Shown here: positions 1-12,703 of the stretch, one piece after another
How positions within the stretch are numbered: position 1 is the stretch's first letter
How the letters are laid out: the number at the start of each line of letters is the position of its first letter
Assembly (NCBI RefSeq): GCF_006345805.1
Contig: NC_043005.1
Coordinates: forward strand, 24,676,001-24,740,000
DNA from: Octopus sinensis
Taxonomy: Eukaryota
Reading direction: 5' to 3'
Length of the DNA stretch: 64,000 nt
The notes under the pieces: generated by a model
What the model was told of the DNA's origin: nothing
Seen by the model: the letters and a program-made list of their open reading frames with translations, nothing else
Databases searched by the model: none
Program-made: the position numbers and the translations under genes

Positions 1-115
1 TGAGAATATTCAAAATAAACCTAGTAATGATAAACATTCTATTTTGAGAGGATCAGACTGTCAATAAAGCACATGCACTGGTTATGTTTCATTTCAATCT
101 ATTATTAATCAATTA

Positions 116-349
116 GATAATCGATCAATTGATTAATCAAGTCAACCAAAGTCCTTTCATTACAGTCCGTGACCTTATCAATGATTGTGTTTCTCAAGCA
201 TTCTTTCTCATCAGCACAAACAGTAAATATACAATAAGTGCTGAAGAAAAACAGGTTCTTAAGGAACATATAGTCTTGAGTAAGATCACAGACTGTCACG
301 AAGGGACTTTGACAGATAAAACGATTAACCAATTGTTCAATCGATTATA
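116..349. mobile_element. Degenerate foldback (palindromic) MITE-like element
   Basis: Imperfect inverted repeat centred near 228 (ataatcgat/atcgattat; caaagtccttt/aagggactttg; tcagcac/gtgctga); explains the mutually similar ORFs on both strands. Confidence 0.7.
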
Positions 350-1327
350 TACTTATTCCACTGGTAATGAAATGAGCATTCACCATAATTGACATACTGG
401 AAATTGTAATTGATATCAATAATTAAATTGTGTGATGCACTGCAACATTGTGAATCGTTTAATTATGTAATCCATACCCTCGAAAACGTATCTCTGCAAA
501 ATGTCATTAAAAAATATGCGGTTTTAAAGAGAATCATAAAGAAATAGACTCTAGTGAAGGGAAAAAGTGATTCGAAAATTTTGTTTAAATGGTATTAACA
601 TAATCGTTATCTTCGCCCTCAAAATCATATCTCTGCAATTTTTTAATTAAGAAATATGCATTTTCCAGAAAGTTGTAAAAAAACTAAGCTTGGGCGGTGT
701 TAGGATACCAAACGATAAGTATGCCAAAATTTGGAACCTCGTGGAGCTTTTAGGTGTTTTCGCTCAATAAACACTCACAACGCCCGGTCTGGGAATCGAA
801 ACCGCGATCCTACGACCGCGAGTCCGCTGCCCTAACCACTGGGCCATTGCGCCTCTACCACCGCTAGACTAAACTAGCGGTGACCTGCCTATGGGCAGGT
901 CCTGTGCATGTGAAACTTTCCTATAGGAACTGGAATGTTCTGCACTCTACCCTACCACCGTTAAGCACATTACTGCAACTTCGGCTACAATGACTAGATT
1001 TAGGATGAATTCTGGAGTGGTTTCCGTTGCCTTCTCCAGAACTAATGGAATTTGAACTCGGAATAGAGAGGGCCGGAAGATTTGCAGTTAAGTATCTCTG
1101 CGCACCAAAGATTCTGCCATTCTTCCACTTGCAGGACAACGTGAAATAGTCTTTTTTTTTTTTTTTTTTTTCAAGACTACAACGGCTGCCTGGTGAAGGA
1201 ACTCACGAGCTAGCAATCGTGAATGCAACACCCCTAACCACTAGGCCACGCGCCTTCACCATAGAGGGACTCCATTAACTAATATTGTAGCATTTCCACT
1301 TGATTACATTTACAAAATATATATCGT

Positions 1328-1746
1328 GGCGATCTTTCGTCTCTAGTAGACCTTTCCGTCGATTTCCGTAAAAATTTTTTTTTTCTACATATGGGCTTGC
1401 GGGAACTTTTGAAGTAATATACATACATATACACATACACCGAGTAAAAAATTTCAGTTATCTCTTTCTTTCACACATTACTCTGTCTCTTCACACACAC
1501 TAACAGAAGCACTTCACTTACACAACATACTGTCTGTCTCCCACACCCCATCAAACACACACACACACATGTACATCAATGCTTCCCATGCACGGTAACT
1601 TCAAAAGAACTTCCCTCGTCATACAATCGCTTTCTCTTCGTCTCTTTCGCTCTCATTACTTCAAAAGTTCCCGCAAGCCCATATGTAAAAAAAAAAAAAA
1701 TTTTACGGAAATCGACGGAAAGGTCTACTAGAGACGAAAGATTGCC
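1328..1746. mobile_element. MITE with about 90-bp TIRs and 8-bp TSD (Merlin-like termini)
   Basis: TIRs 1328-~1418 and ~1655-1746; TSD TATATCGT at 1320-1327 and 1747-1754; ends GGCGATC / GATTGCC. Confidence 0.85.
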
Positions 1747-1979
1747 TATATCGTATTTGATGGCATATAAGAGACACATCTTTACAAAAAAATGTGTAAA
1801 AACAAAAACCTCAACCCTAGCCCTATATCAGAATTTGGGCCTCCCATAAATTTGAATGCTCGAAAAACTTCTCTTGAATACGTGCCGCTGAAATTCGTGT
1901 GCATTTGATATGTCTGAGGGTCTTTTGTGGCATCAAATACGGTATACAGATGAATGAATGAATTAATCAATGTATTTAG

Positions 1980-2150
1980 CTGTGACGCATTTGTCAACAA
2001 CCTGTGTGTGAAGCAGTGTGTTCCTTAAGTCAGTAACTTCCGTCAATAGCTAAGCGAAGGGGAAGTAACTCGCAATTGTTTTACAACTTCGTTGAAAGTT
2101 AGTGAAAGTTTGGAAGTTGTTTTCGTTTGGAAGCGTTAAATAATCTGTGA
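1980..2150 (+). promoter_or_regulatory. Candidate TATA-less CCM2 proximal promoter
   Basis: Unique sequence upstream of the ATG with TGACGCA (CRE-like, 1983-1989) and ACTTCCG (ETS-like, 2036-2042); TSS unknown. Confidence 0.4.
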
Positions 2151-2201
2151 CGGCCAAGTTGGAGGAATTGTGCTGCAGTAGTAGTTGTATAGCAGAGTTT
2201 G

Positions 2202-2237
2202 ATGATATCATTCCAAATTATGGCCTATATTATCTGA
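2202..2237 (+). other. 11-codon uORF (MISFQIMAYII*), stop overlapping the CCM2 ATG (TGATG)
   Basis: ATG 2202, TGA 2235-2237 shares its A with ATG 2237-2239. Confidence 0.55.
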
Positions 2238-2263
2238 TGGAAGAAGAAAATAACGATAAAACG
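2237..2263 (+). CDS. CCM2: CCM2 exon 1 (MEEENNDKT), phase 0
   Basis: ATG then ACG|gtacat donor; resembles human exon 1 MEEEGKKGKK; in frame with exon 2. Donor is modest. Confidence 0.75.
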
Positions 2264-3320
2264 GTACATATTTCCTTATATAAACTTGTGAATTCGCAAA
2301 CTTTCCCATTCACCTCTCTCTCTCTCTTTCTCGCTTTCTTTCTCTTTTCCTTTTTTTTTTTAATATTTGTGGATTTTTAACCTCACTTTACTTTTGGTGA
2401 AGTATACCCATTGTTAAAGACATTTTCAGCCTTCATCACTTTAAAACAACATTATCTAATGTAAGCTAACTCTTTTAAGATGGTAGGGCGTGATTTGGTA
2501 GAGATTTAGCTGCCATTTCTAGCAGTTGGATCGATCACAGAACTCCTTTCATTTCCCCGTTGTTGTGTGTTATGTGTTGTTTATTTTTATTGTGCATGTA
2601 AAATAGAGTTGTAAACTTTATGTCTAGCCCGTCGGAAAAAGAAAAAAAAAACGAAAAAAAAAAGCCAACTTTTCAGCTATCAATTAACTGATCGTGTAGG
2701 CTTATAATCCAAGACCTTCCAGCCTTGACCTACCAGGCTTTTATTCAGACCGCGAACATCTAGGATTACGTTATCCAATATTTAGTTCGTTTTAAAGAAG
2801 TTCGTTTTAAAGAGGGAGAGGTGTAGATTTGGTTGCTATTTCTAGCTTGTTATGTAGGATATAATGTTTGTAGACCAGGTAGATTTCATCCAACAGATTA
2901 AAAGTTTTGCTGTCCATGGTCATCCTGTTAAAACTACATTATACTAATGTTTAGGCCTTTAGTTGTTGTCATGTATGTTATTACCATTGTTGTTATTGTT
3001 CTAGTTTTCTACTTATTGTTCTACTTTATACGTATTTGCCTGGACGAAAAGAACCACGCCTTATTACGAAACAATAAACCAGATACACATTTGTAAATAC
3101 CAAACGTAAACAGACAGCCACATACATAATAACACACTCCATTTTGTTTTGTTGCCCGATTTGCGCAAGTCTTCGAAAGAAAACTTGATATATATGTATG
3201 TATATATATATATATATATATAATATATATATATATAACAATAATAAATCTCTGAACGAGATATAACAGTAACCGCTCGACAACGTAAGGTGTATGGCTA
3301 GCCACATTCAGATGGCGAGT

Positions 3321-3391
<71 letters not shown>

Positions 3392-3443
3392 ATATATATA
3401 AATAGTAATGCAATACGAGAGTATTGCTTTCCAGTAAAGAATA

Positions 3444-4525
<1,082 letters not shown>

Positions 4526-5911
4526 TCGAGTGACTGGACAAACGCAAGAAAGGGGCACTCAACACATTTAGTGAGAGTTATGTTGTTATTTAAAACTGTC
4601 CCATTAGGTCCTTTTCGTAGGTTTTTTTTAAGGAGCCTGCAAAAGGGGCTGAATCAGACTATTTTAAATAATAATAATAATCTTTTTTTACTATAGGCAC
4701 AAGGCCTGGATTTTGTGGTGAGGAGGACAGTCGATCATATTGACCACAATATTCAACTGGTACTTAATTTATCGACCTGGAAAGGTTGAAAGGGAAAGTC
4801 GACTTCAAAAGAATTTGAACTCAGAACGTAAAGACAGACGAAATGCCGCTAAGCATTTTGCCTGGCGTGTTAATGATTCTGCCAGCTCGCTGCTTTAATA
4901 ATAATGCGGGATTACACAATACCCTGCTTTTGATTACGTGCGCAGAGTAATATTAATGGTTTCAAATTTTGCCACAAGGGCAGCGCTTTTTGGGGAGGGA
5001 GGGGACGAGTCGATTACATCGATCCCAGTCTTTAACTGCTACTTATTTTATTGACCCCAAAAAGGATGAAAGGCAAAGTCGACCTAAGCAGAATGTGAAC
5101 TCATAACGTGAAGATGAACAAAATGCTGCTGAGCATTTTGCCCCGTGTGCTATTGTTTTGTCTTTGGATAAAAGATGGGCTACAGCTAATATTCTGCTCA
5201 ATACCACTGATTTGCTTGTCAGTTGCTTGACCGTAACCAGTTGAGCATCTCCCTTAATGGCTGACGGTATACGCATCTCTGGTCACGAATAGAAGTAGTG
5301 GTGGAGCGTCATAGCCATGTGCTGGGGTTTGAATAATTCACCTCTGGAAACGTGTGTGTTTCATTCAATATCCTTAAACAACCCTTATTCAGGGTCCTTT
5401 TGATTGGCATGGGCAACTCGACCTAAATAAAATTCTAATTGGGCCCCACCTGCAAGGTCATGCACTGTTTATCTTGATATGAGATCACCATGTCACGCAC
5501 ATATGGTTGTGATGCATGTTCCTGGTGTACCTTTATCAGGTGGGTAGTCATGATGGGTATATTGGGCTTCGTGTATTTGTAGCCCAGTGTCACTTTGGTG
5601 AAATGTGCTGCTCTTTCACTCAATAATAATAATAATGATAATAATAATAATGATATATTTATATATATATATACTGGTGTCAAGCAATGGCAGATACTGG
5701 TGTCACGCAAATGGCACTTGTGCCAATGGCATGTAAAAGCACCCATTACACTGTCAGAATGGTTGACATCAGGAAGGATATCCAGCCATAGAAAGCATTC
5801 CAAATCAGACTGGAGTCTGGTGCAGCCTTCCAGCTTGCCAGCCCTGGTCAAACCATCCAATCCATGCCAGCATGGACAATGGACATTAAATGATGATTAT
5901 GATGATGATGA

Positions 5912-5952
<41 letters not shown>

Positions 5953-5953
5953 T

Positions 5954-6333
5954 GTGGAGGCGCAATGGCCCAGTGGTTAGGGCAGCGGACTCGCGGTCAG
6001 AGGATCGCGGTTTCGATTCCCAGACCGGGCGTTGTGAGTGTTTATTGAGCGAAAACACCTAAAGCCCCACGCAGCTCCGGCAGGGGATGGTGCTGATCCC
6101 TGCTGTACTCTTTCACCACAACTTTCTCTCACTCTTACTTCCTGTTTCTGTTGTACCTGTATTTCAAAGGGCCGGTCTTGTCACTCTCTGTGTCACGCTG
6201 AATATCCCCGAGAACTACGTTAAGGGTACACGTGTCTGTGGAGTGCTCAGCCACTTACACGTTAATTTCACGAGCAGGCTGTTCCGTTGATTCGGATCAA
6301 CCGGAACCCTCGTCGTCGTAACTGACGGAGTGC
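5954..6333 (+). mobile_element. tRNA-derived SINE family A (also ~737-858 -, ~23365-23700 -, ~49231-49620 +, ~63600-63905 -)
   Basis: A box TGGCCCAGTGG and B-box-like GTTTCGATTCC; multiple similar copies. Confidence 0.85.
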
Positions 6334-6340
6334 TTCCTCC

Positions 6341-6374
<34 letters not shown>

Positions 6375-7219
6375 GCAAACAGTTTTCCAAAAGAGCTTAA
6401 GAATTGACACGTAGAAAGAGGAAAAGAAAACTGCTTTTGATTGAATACCTACGTTTGTTAATGCTTTCCTTCATTATTGTAGTCTGATAATTTCTTTTAG
6501 TTATTGGTCTGCAGCCATTTTGGGGCTCCACTACCCTGAGGTTAGTCAATGAAGGTGCATAGAATATCTTGATCATCGTACTGTATTTGAATTTCTACAA
6601 AAATATTTTGTCATTTTTAGAACCGTGTATTGTGTATGTATTGTGATGAAGGTAAAGCAGAAATAATGTAATTGGTGGCATTAGGAAGGGCCTCTAGCTG
6701 TAGCAATCATTCCAAAGCAGACGCAGCATGGCACTGTCTTCTGACTTGCCAACTCCTGTCAAACCATACAACCCATGCCAGCATGGAAAACAGACATAAA
6801 ATGATGGTGATAGTGATGTGTCATGAGTTATTTGAAACATCAGTGACCTCCTGCAAAGGACTTGCAATGAAATGGTTATGTCAGTGTTTTAGAATAACAT
6901 GGAGTATTTCTGAGCTATCACTCATGTCAGTCATCAATGAAGTTATTCCAGATTCATGTTAAACAGGGTTAAATGTTGGATTATGTCATATGATCAAACA
7001 AAAAGAAAAACTAAAAACTATTAAAGAACAAAAGTATTGTATAAAGAAAATGTTTTGTGTCTTTGTTCATTTCCAAGTAATCTTTGACTTTCCAGTTATT
7101 CTTCAAAATCCAAGCTTTGTTCACATGTGGCACACCTTAGGCAAATGTCTTTTACTTTAGTCCCACACTGACCAAAATCTGAGTAGATTTGGTAGATGCA
7201 AACTGAAAGAAGCCCATTG

Positions 7220-7271
<52 letters not shown>

Positions 7272-7329
7272 TTGGAGAGGAACAGGATAAGCCACCAGCA
7301 TCAACTTGCTGTAAAAGCAAGTAGTAATT

Positions 7330-8435
7330 TTACCTTGTACTTATTGCAAGTTTTGAAGAGTGCAGTTCGATTTTAACAGTTATTTTTCAAAGTTATAATG
7401 GAAGTGACAAAGGAGCATATTCAGCATATTTTGTTTTATGAGTTCAATAAAGGCAACAACGCAACGGAAAGTGCAACGAATATTGATGCATTATATGGGG
7501 ATTGGACAATAAGCATAAGACAATGTCAATGGTGGTTCCAGAAATTCCAAGCCAGAAAATAAAGCCTTGAAGATGAGCCCATCCGGGAAGATCTGTAGGG
7601 CTTGACGAGGATATCCTGCAAACCCTGGTGGAACAAAATCCTATTGTAACTGTTGAGGAAATAGCAGAGAAGCTTGGATTTGGCCATTCAACCATTCACT
7701 GACACCCGTGTACTATTGGAAAAGTCAGTAAAGTGGGTCAGTGGGTTCCTCACAAACTTTTCAAGTCTAATCACGTGCAGAGAATGAACATGTGCTCTTC
7801 TTTGCTGTCACGTGTCATGAATGAACATTATTTGAACTTAATAGTGGGTAGGGAAAGGAGAAACGCTGGCACCCCAGGCTAAAGAGGGTCTTCACCCATC
7901 TAAGGTGTTGTTATCTATTTGGTGGGATATGAAAGGTTTAGTCCACTACAACTTTTAAACCTGAACCAAATAATAACAAAGAAGATCTTCTGTGAGCTGC
8001 TGAAGCCAGCACTAGAAAAAAATGATCATCTTTGGTTTCAAGATGAATGGTGTTCTTCCATCAGGTTAGTGCTTGGCTACACACAGTGAGGATGACATTC
8101 CAAAGCCTGGAGCAGTTTGAATGGGAGATGATGCCCCACCCATCATATTTGCTGGACATTGCCCCATCTGATTATCATTTATTCTGCAGTCTTCAAAATC
8201 ATTTGGATGGAAAAAATATGAATTCTGTAGACAAGATCAGAACAGGACTGGAGGAGTATTTTTCATGACGGACAATTGAATTTTGGAAGAGGGGCCTTGC
8301 AAATCTACCAGATAGATGGAAGAGCATTGTAGAAAATGAAGGAGAGTATATTTTGGATTAAGAAAGAACTTTGGTTATCTTAATTATGAAAAATAAAAGA
8401 AGTATAAAAAAAACTACTATTGGGATGACCCAATA
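7330..8435 (+). mobile_element. Decayed mariner transposon
   Basis: ATG 7398 MEVTKEHIQHILFYEFNKG; WVPHKL at ~7742; YLLDIAPSDYHLF (YSPDLAPSDY motif); stops and frameshifts; 3' TIR-like tgggatgacccaa+TA; 5' TIR not found. Confidence 0.9.
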
Positions 8436-9218
8436 TGTATGTGTGTGTGTTTGTCCTGCACCATCAGCCAGTTTTGGTTTGTTTTCTACATGCAATAATT
8501 TAGTGATTTGACAAAACAAAATTAATAGAATAAGTACAGGGTCAATTCATCCAACTAAACTCATTGAAACAATGCTCCAGCATGGCTGCAGTGCGTTCAG
8601 TGATTGAAACAAGTAAAAATATATAAAAAATATAAAAATAGAATCAATTGGTTGCACCTATGTTAGAAGCAGTTATTATTATTAGTTTCTTCACCACAAA
8701 TCCATGTATTATCTATATGAATTAAATGCTTAATTTAATTCAATATGTCATAGTGTTATTGGTTTCAGAATAACACTTTTTATATCCTTTTATGTTCTGA
8801 GTTCAAGTCCTGTCAACATGCCGGGGTCGATAAATTAAGTACCAGTTACGCACTGAGGTCGATGTAATTGACTTAACCACTTTGTCTGTCCTTGTTTGTC
8901 CCTTCTATGTTTAGCCACTTGTGGGCAATAAAGAAATAAGAAATAACTGAAGGATTTAACTCAATTCTCCCAAAGTTAACTTCTGACACTCATTGTATTG
9001 TCCACTGCTCAATTCGTATGTCCAGCGTACCCCTGCTTTTCCTGCCACAGGAATTGATGATATACATACCAGTAATGTATCTGGGTTGGCCAAATGGGTT
9101 ATATAGCCACATGGCCTTTCTGATTAATTCCTGACAAAACCACTGAATTTTGAGGGAGGATAAAAATTACTTTGTTACTTTATCTTATTGACCCTTTTTG
9201 ACAGAAAATTTTTTTTAA

Positions 9219-9621
9219 TCTTTATATATAAAGCTGAAGTTGTCTGTGTGTGTGTGTGGGGCAGGTTTGGTAGCCTTCAACTAACACTATCTTCTCCGAG
9301 ACCTTGCAGCACAAGTTGACCAAACTTGAGAGTATGATAGAAGAAGGCTTGCTTTTCATTCCATAAAAGAAAAATTCAAATCGAGCCATGTTAAAACCAA
9401 AAATTATTTACATCAAAAAGGTGCTTTTTCTCTAAGAAAATCCCTATTTTTTACGATTTTTTTACTGTTGTGTCGCCATTTTTCGGTGTATTTCAACCAG
9501 AAAAATGTTCACTTAAAATGAATAACAAGCTACATAATGCAGAATTTTTACTTTTCAAAAATTCTAATTCTAAAGGGTCAAAAAGAAAATAAACCCGAGC
9601 AACGCTGGGCTATACTGCTAG
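9219..9621 (+). mobile_element. Non-autonomous Helitron
   Basis: 5' TC after A; 3' hairpin CCCGAGCAACGCTGGG then CTAG|T; no TSD. Confidence 0.8.
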
Positions 9622-9677
9622 TGTTTCTATAAAACCATTCCTTTGTATAATTTTAATATTATATTTTACTGTTTCAG

Positions 9678-9815
9678 AACCCTTATCGAAGTTCTCGTGA
9701 TTCAGATATGTATGACAGGCTTGATTCTAGGGAAGGCGCCAAGCACATGTCGCAGCCTGACTATAGTGTCAACCCTCAGACATTATTGGAAAACTATGTG
9801 GAGAAGAAAGTTCGT
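9678..9815 (+). CDS. CCM2: CCM2 exon 2 (NPYRSSRD...YVEKKVR)
   Basis: tttcag| acceptor, |gtaagt donor, 138 nt, phase 0-0. Confidence 0.93.
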
Positions 9816-11699
9816 GTAAGTTGAATGTACATTTTATTTTGTCTATAGAATGTGATGAATGCCACCAACACCAGCAGGGATCAAGAATTCAGCTCCCTGT
9901 GAACTAAATCGGGCATTTGGGTTTCACTTCATGTTTGAAGTTAACACAGGAGTGGCTGTGTAGTTTGCTTACCAACCACATGGTTCCAGGTTCAGTCCCG
10001 CTGCATGGCACCTTGGGCAAGTGTCTTCTACTATAGCCTTGTGAGTGGATTTGGTAGACAGAAACTGAAAGAAGCCCATCATATTTTTTTTCTTTTTATA
10101 CGTTTCAGTCAGTTGACTGCGGCCATGCTGGAGCACCTCTTTTAGTCAAGCAAATCGACCCCAGGACTTATTCTTTGTAAGCCTAGTACTTATCCTATTG
10201 GTTTCTTTCGCCAAACCGCTAAGTTACAGGGACATAAACACACCAGCATCAGTTGTCAGATGATGTTGGGGGTGGGGGGGCAAACACAGACACACATACA
10301 TATATATATACATACATACATACTCAACGGGCTTCTTTCAGTTTCCGTCTACAAAATCCACTCACAAGGCTTTGGTTGGCCTGAGGCTATAGTAGAAGAC
10401 GCTTGCCCAAGGTGTCATGCACCCTAACCCTAAGTAAGCTACTTACCACACAGCCACTCCTGCACCTATGTGTGTATATATATATATGTATATGTATGTA
10501 TTTACGTGTCTATATTTGTCCTCCCACCATCGCTTGACAACCGATGTTGGTGTGTTTACATCCCTGTAACTTAGCAGTTCAGCAAAAGTGACTGATAGAA
10601 TAAGTACTGCGCTTACAAAGAATAACTCCTGTGGTTGGTTTGTTTGACTAAAAGCGGTGCTCCAGCATAGCCACAGTCAAATAACTGAAACGGGGAAAAA
10701 AAATTATAATTTGCTGGGTTATTGCAGTCAAAGTTGTGTAATTGTTTCATCTGTCTAAATACGCTCTGTATGCTAAATAACATCCAGGTGAATTTAAGTG
10801 GAAGTGTGTGGCCCAGTATTTGAAGCTTTGCACTCACAGTTGCAAAGTTGTAGTTTCAATTTCTGGACTGGGCAATGCATTGTGTTCTTGAGCAGAACAT
10901 TTCATTTCACATACCTCCACAGCATTCAGCTGTTAATGAATTAACTCTGTAACAGACTGGCATATCATTCAGAGGGAATGTTATAACTTTGGCCACTTAT
11001 GCACAGGGCTGTGGAGTTGGAACAAAAACCTTCAACTTCAGCTCTGACTCCTGTACTATTGGCATCTCCGACTCTAACTCCTCTTTATGTAATTAAGTGG
11101 TTGTCGTCTACATATCTCATAAACCATATGCATATGCTTGTACTCTGAGTAGGCCTATATGTTATAACTGGTTTGTATTCAAGAATAAAGATATTGTGAG
11201 TTGGAATCAGAATCGATATAGTTTTACCGACTCTGACTCCAGCTACCCCTAATTGTTTCTGACTCCGACACCATGACTCTGACTCTACAGCTACAACTCC
11301 ATGACTCTGTCTCTATGACTTTGACTCCAACTCCACAACCCTAACTCTGACTCCACGACTCCAATTCCAACTCCACAGCCCTGCTTATACAACATGGAAA
11401 CCAAATAATCAGCCCTTTATTTACATTTGATGGACAGGTGTCTTCAACTTGTTTGTTGTTACCGCAACATTTCAGCTGATGTACTCTCCAGCCTTCATCA
11501 GGTGTCCTGGTAGAATTTGAACCCAACCCTTTATTTTTACTACCAGGGTACTCTGTTCTCATTCCTAAGGTGTACTGTAACCAAGCTCAGGTGAATCCCA
11601 CAGTGGATTTCTCCTCCTGTATCTGAGATAGTGCTTGCTACTTATTACATTCATATGTCTTGGACTACTGTCAAAGAAAGCCTATTAAACTCACAGACA

Positions 11700-11940
11700 T
11701 ACCCCAGCTTCTGCTCCACAGATGAATTGTCTTCTTCCTCTACTTTTACTTCTGCAACTGCAATGGCCGCTGCTCCCTGGAGCTGACTGACCTCATGTCA
11801 CCTCCACTTATCCAGATCCTTCCACTTTGCTTGTCTCTCCTTTCATTACCGGTATTTTGTTTGTCTACCAAGCCCCAAACTAACCATTATGCTCAGTGCT
11901 CCCTCATTCTCGTAATATTCATCCTCTGGAATTCCCTCCC
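11700..11940 (+). mobile_element. Jockey/I-like LINE reverse-transcriptase C-terminal remnant (continues after 12345)
   Basis: CNGRCSLEL...QTNHYAQ...LWNSLP motif typical of non-LTR RT C-termini. Confidence 0.6.
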
Positions 11941-12335
11941 GACTTACTTGTACTTGTACTTGTGGCGACATTCACCCTGGGCGGGTTGAGTCGGCTTCTT
12001 CTACCACCCTCGAGGGTTGGAAGAAGTTTTGTGGGAATATGTGGATTTCACAAGCGGTCCCCAACAATCCCGCATGTAGAGACATCCTGTTTGCCACAGA
12101 TTGTCCGCAGACGCAGGGACAGAGTGATTGAGGAGCCGCCGGTTGCCGAAACAGACACTCCGAGGATTTTCACCAGAGCCCCGTCTGCCGGGTTGTGGCC
12201 CTAATACCACTCGGTATCAGACCAATCCACCTTGGGTGGCCCTACCAGGAACCGAAGTTCCCGACGGCATAGCTCTGACACTACCCGTTGCCAGCATCCC
12301 CACCACGGTGAGGAGGGGATGGACTTTGTGGACGC
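11941..12335 (-). mobile_element. 395-bp bipartite RTE-derived non-autonomous retroelement
   Basis: 10-bp TSD ATTCCCTCCC (11931-11940, 12336-12345); RTE/BovB-type 5' motif GAGCTATGCC...GTAGGGCCACCCAAG; 3' tandem tail (CAAGTA)3; no meaningful ORF. Confidence 0.8.
12224..12335 (-). ncRNA. Putative HDV-like self-cleaving ribozyme
   Basis: P1 GCGTCC/GGATGC; P2 AGTCCATC/GGTGGATT; P3 CCTCC/GGTGG with L3 TCACCGT; J4/2 CCCAA; P4 contains GGAAC-TTCG-GTTCC; manual fold. Confidence 0.6.
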
Positions 12336-12622
12336 ATTCCCTCCCTGCACTATTATTACTCCATTGATAAATTGTAACTGCTCAAAGAGGGAATGCTAAT
12401 GGCATCAATGTCCCGCAGTCTTAGGTGCCAGTAAAAGACTATGGCACACATTACTTTCCGCCAAATCAAACAAATAAAAAAGAAATTGAAGTAGAGCCTG
12501 TGAATAAAATGTCTGATGCTCTTTGCATGGTTTTCTCTGTGAATATTGAAGCACCATCTGTGGTCAGAAGATGATGATTGCCTGAACTTTCAATTAACTC
12601 ACTTTACTTTCACTTTCTACAG

Positions 12623-12703
12623 TTTGCTGGAGTGATTCCAGATGTGCAGATAGATGATGTCACAAACAGAACAGATGTATTACGCATTATTGATGAAGGC
12701 AAA
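12623..12703 (+). CDS. CCM2: CCM2 exon 3 (FAGVIPDVQIDDVTNRTDVLRIIDEGK)
   Basis: ctacag| and |gtaagc, 81 nt, PTB N-terminal part. Confidence 0.93.

Noticed and set aside
105-392. Overlapping 75-aa (-) and 87-aa (+) ORFs with protein-like composition
   Set aside because: The two translations resemble each other (QSPFITVRDL / QSPFVTVCDL) because the DNA is a palindrome; not coding.
5954-6030. tRNA-like sequences at SINE heads
   Set aside because: They have A/B boxes but no complete cloverleaf or acceptor stem and continue into SINE bodies; not tRNA genes.
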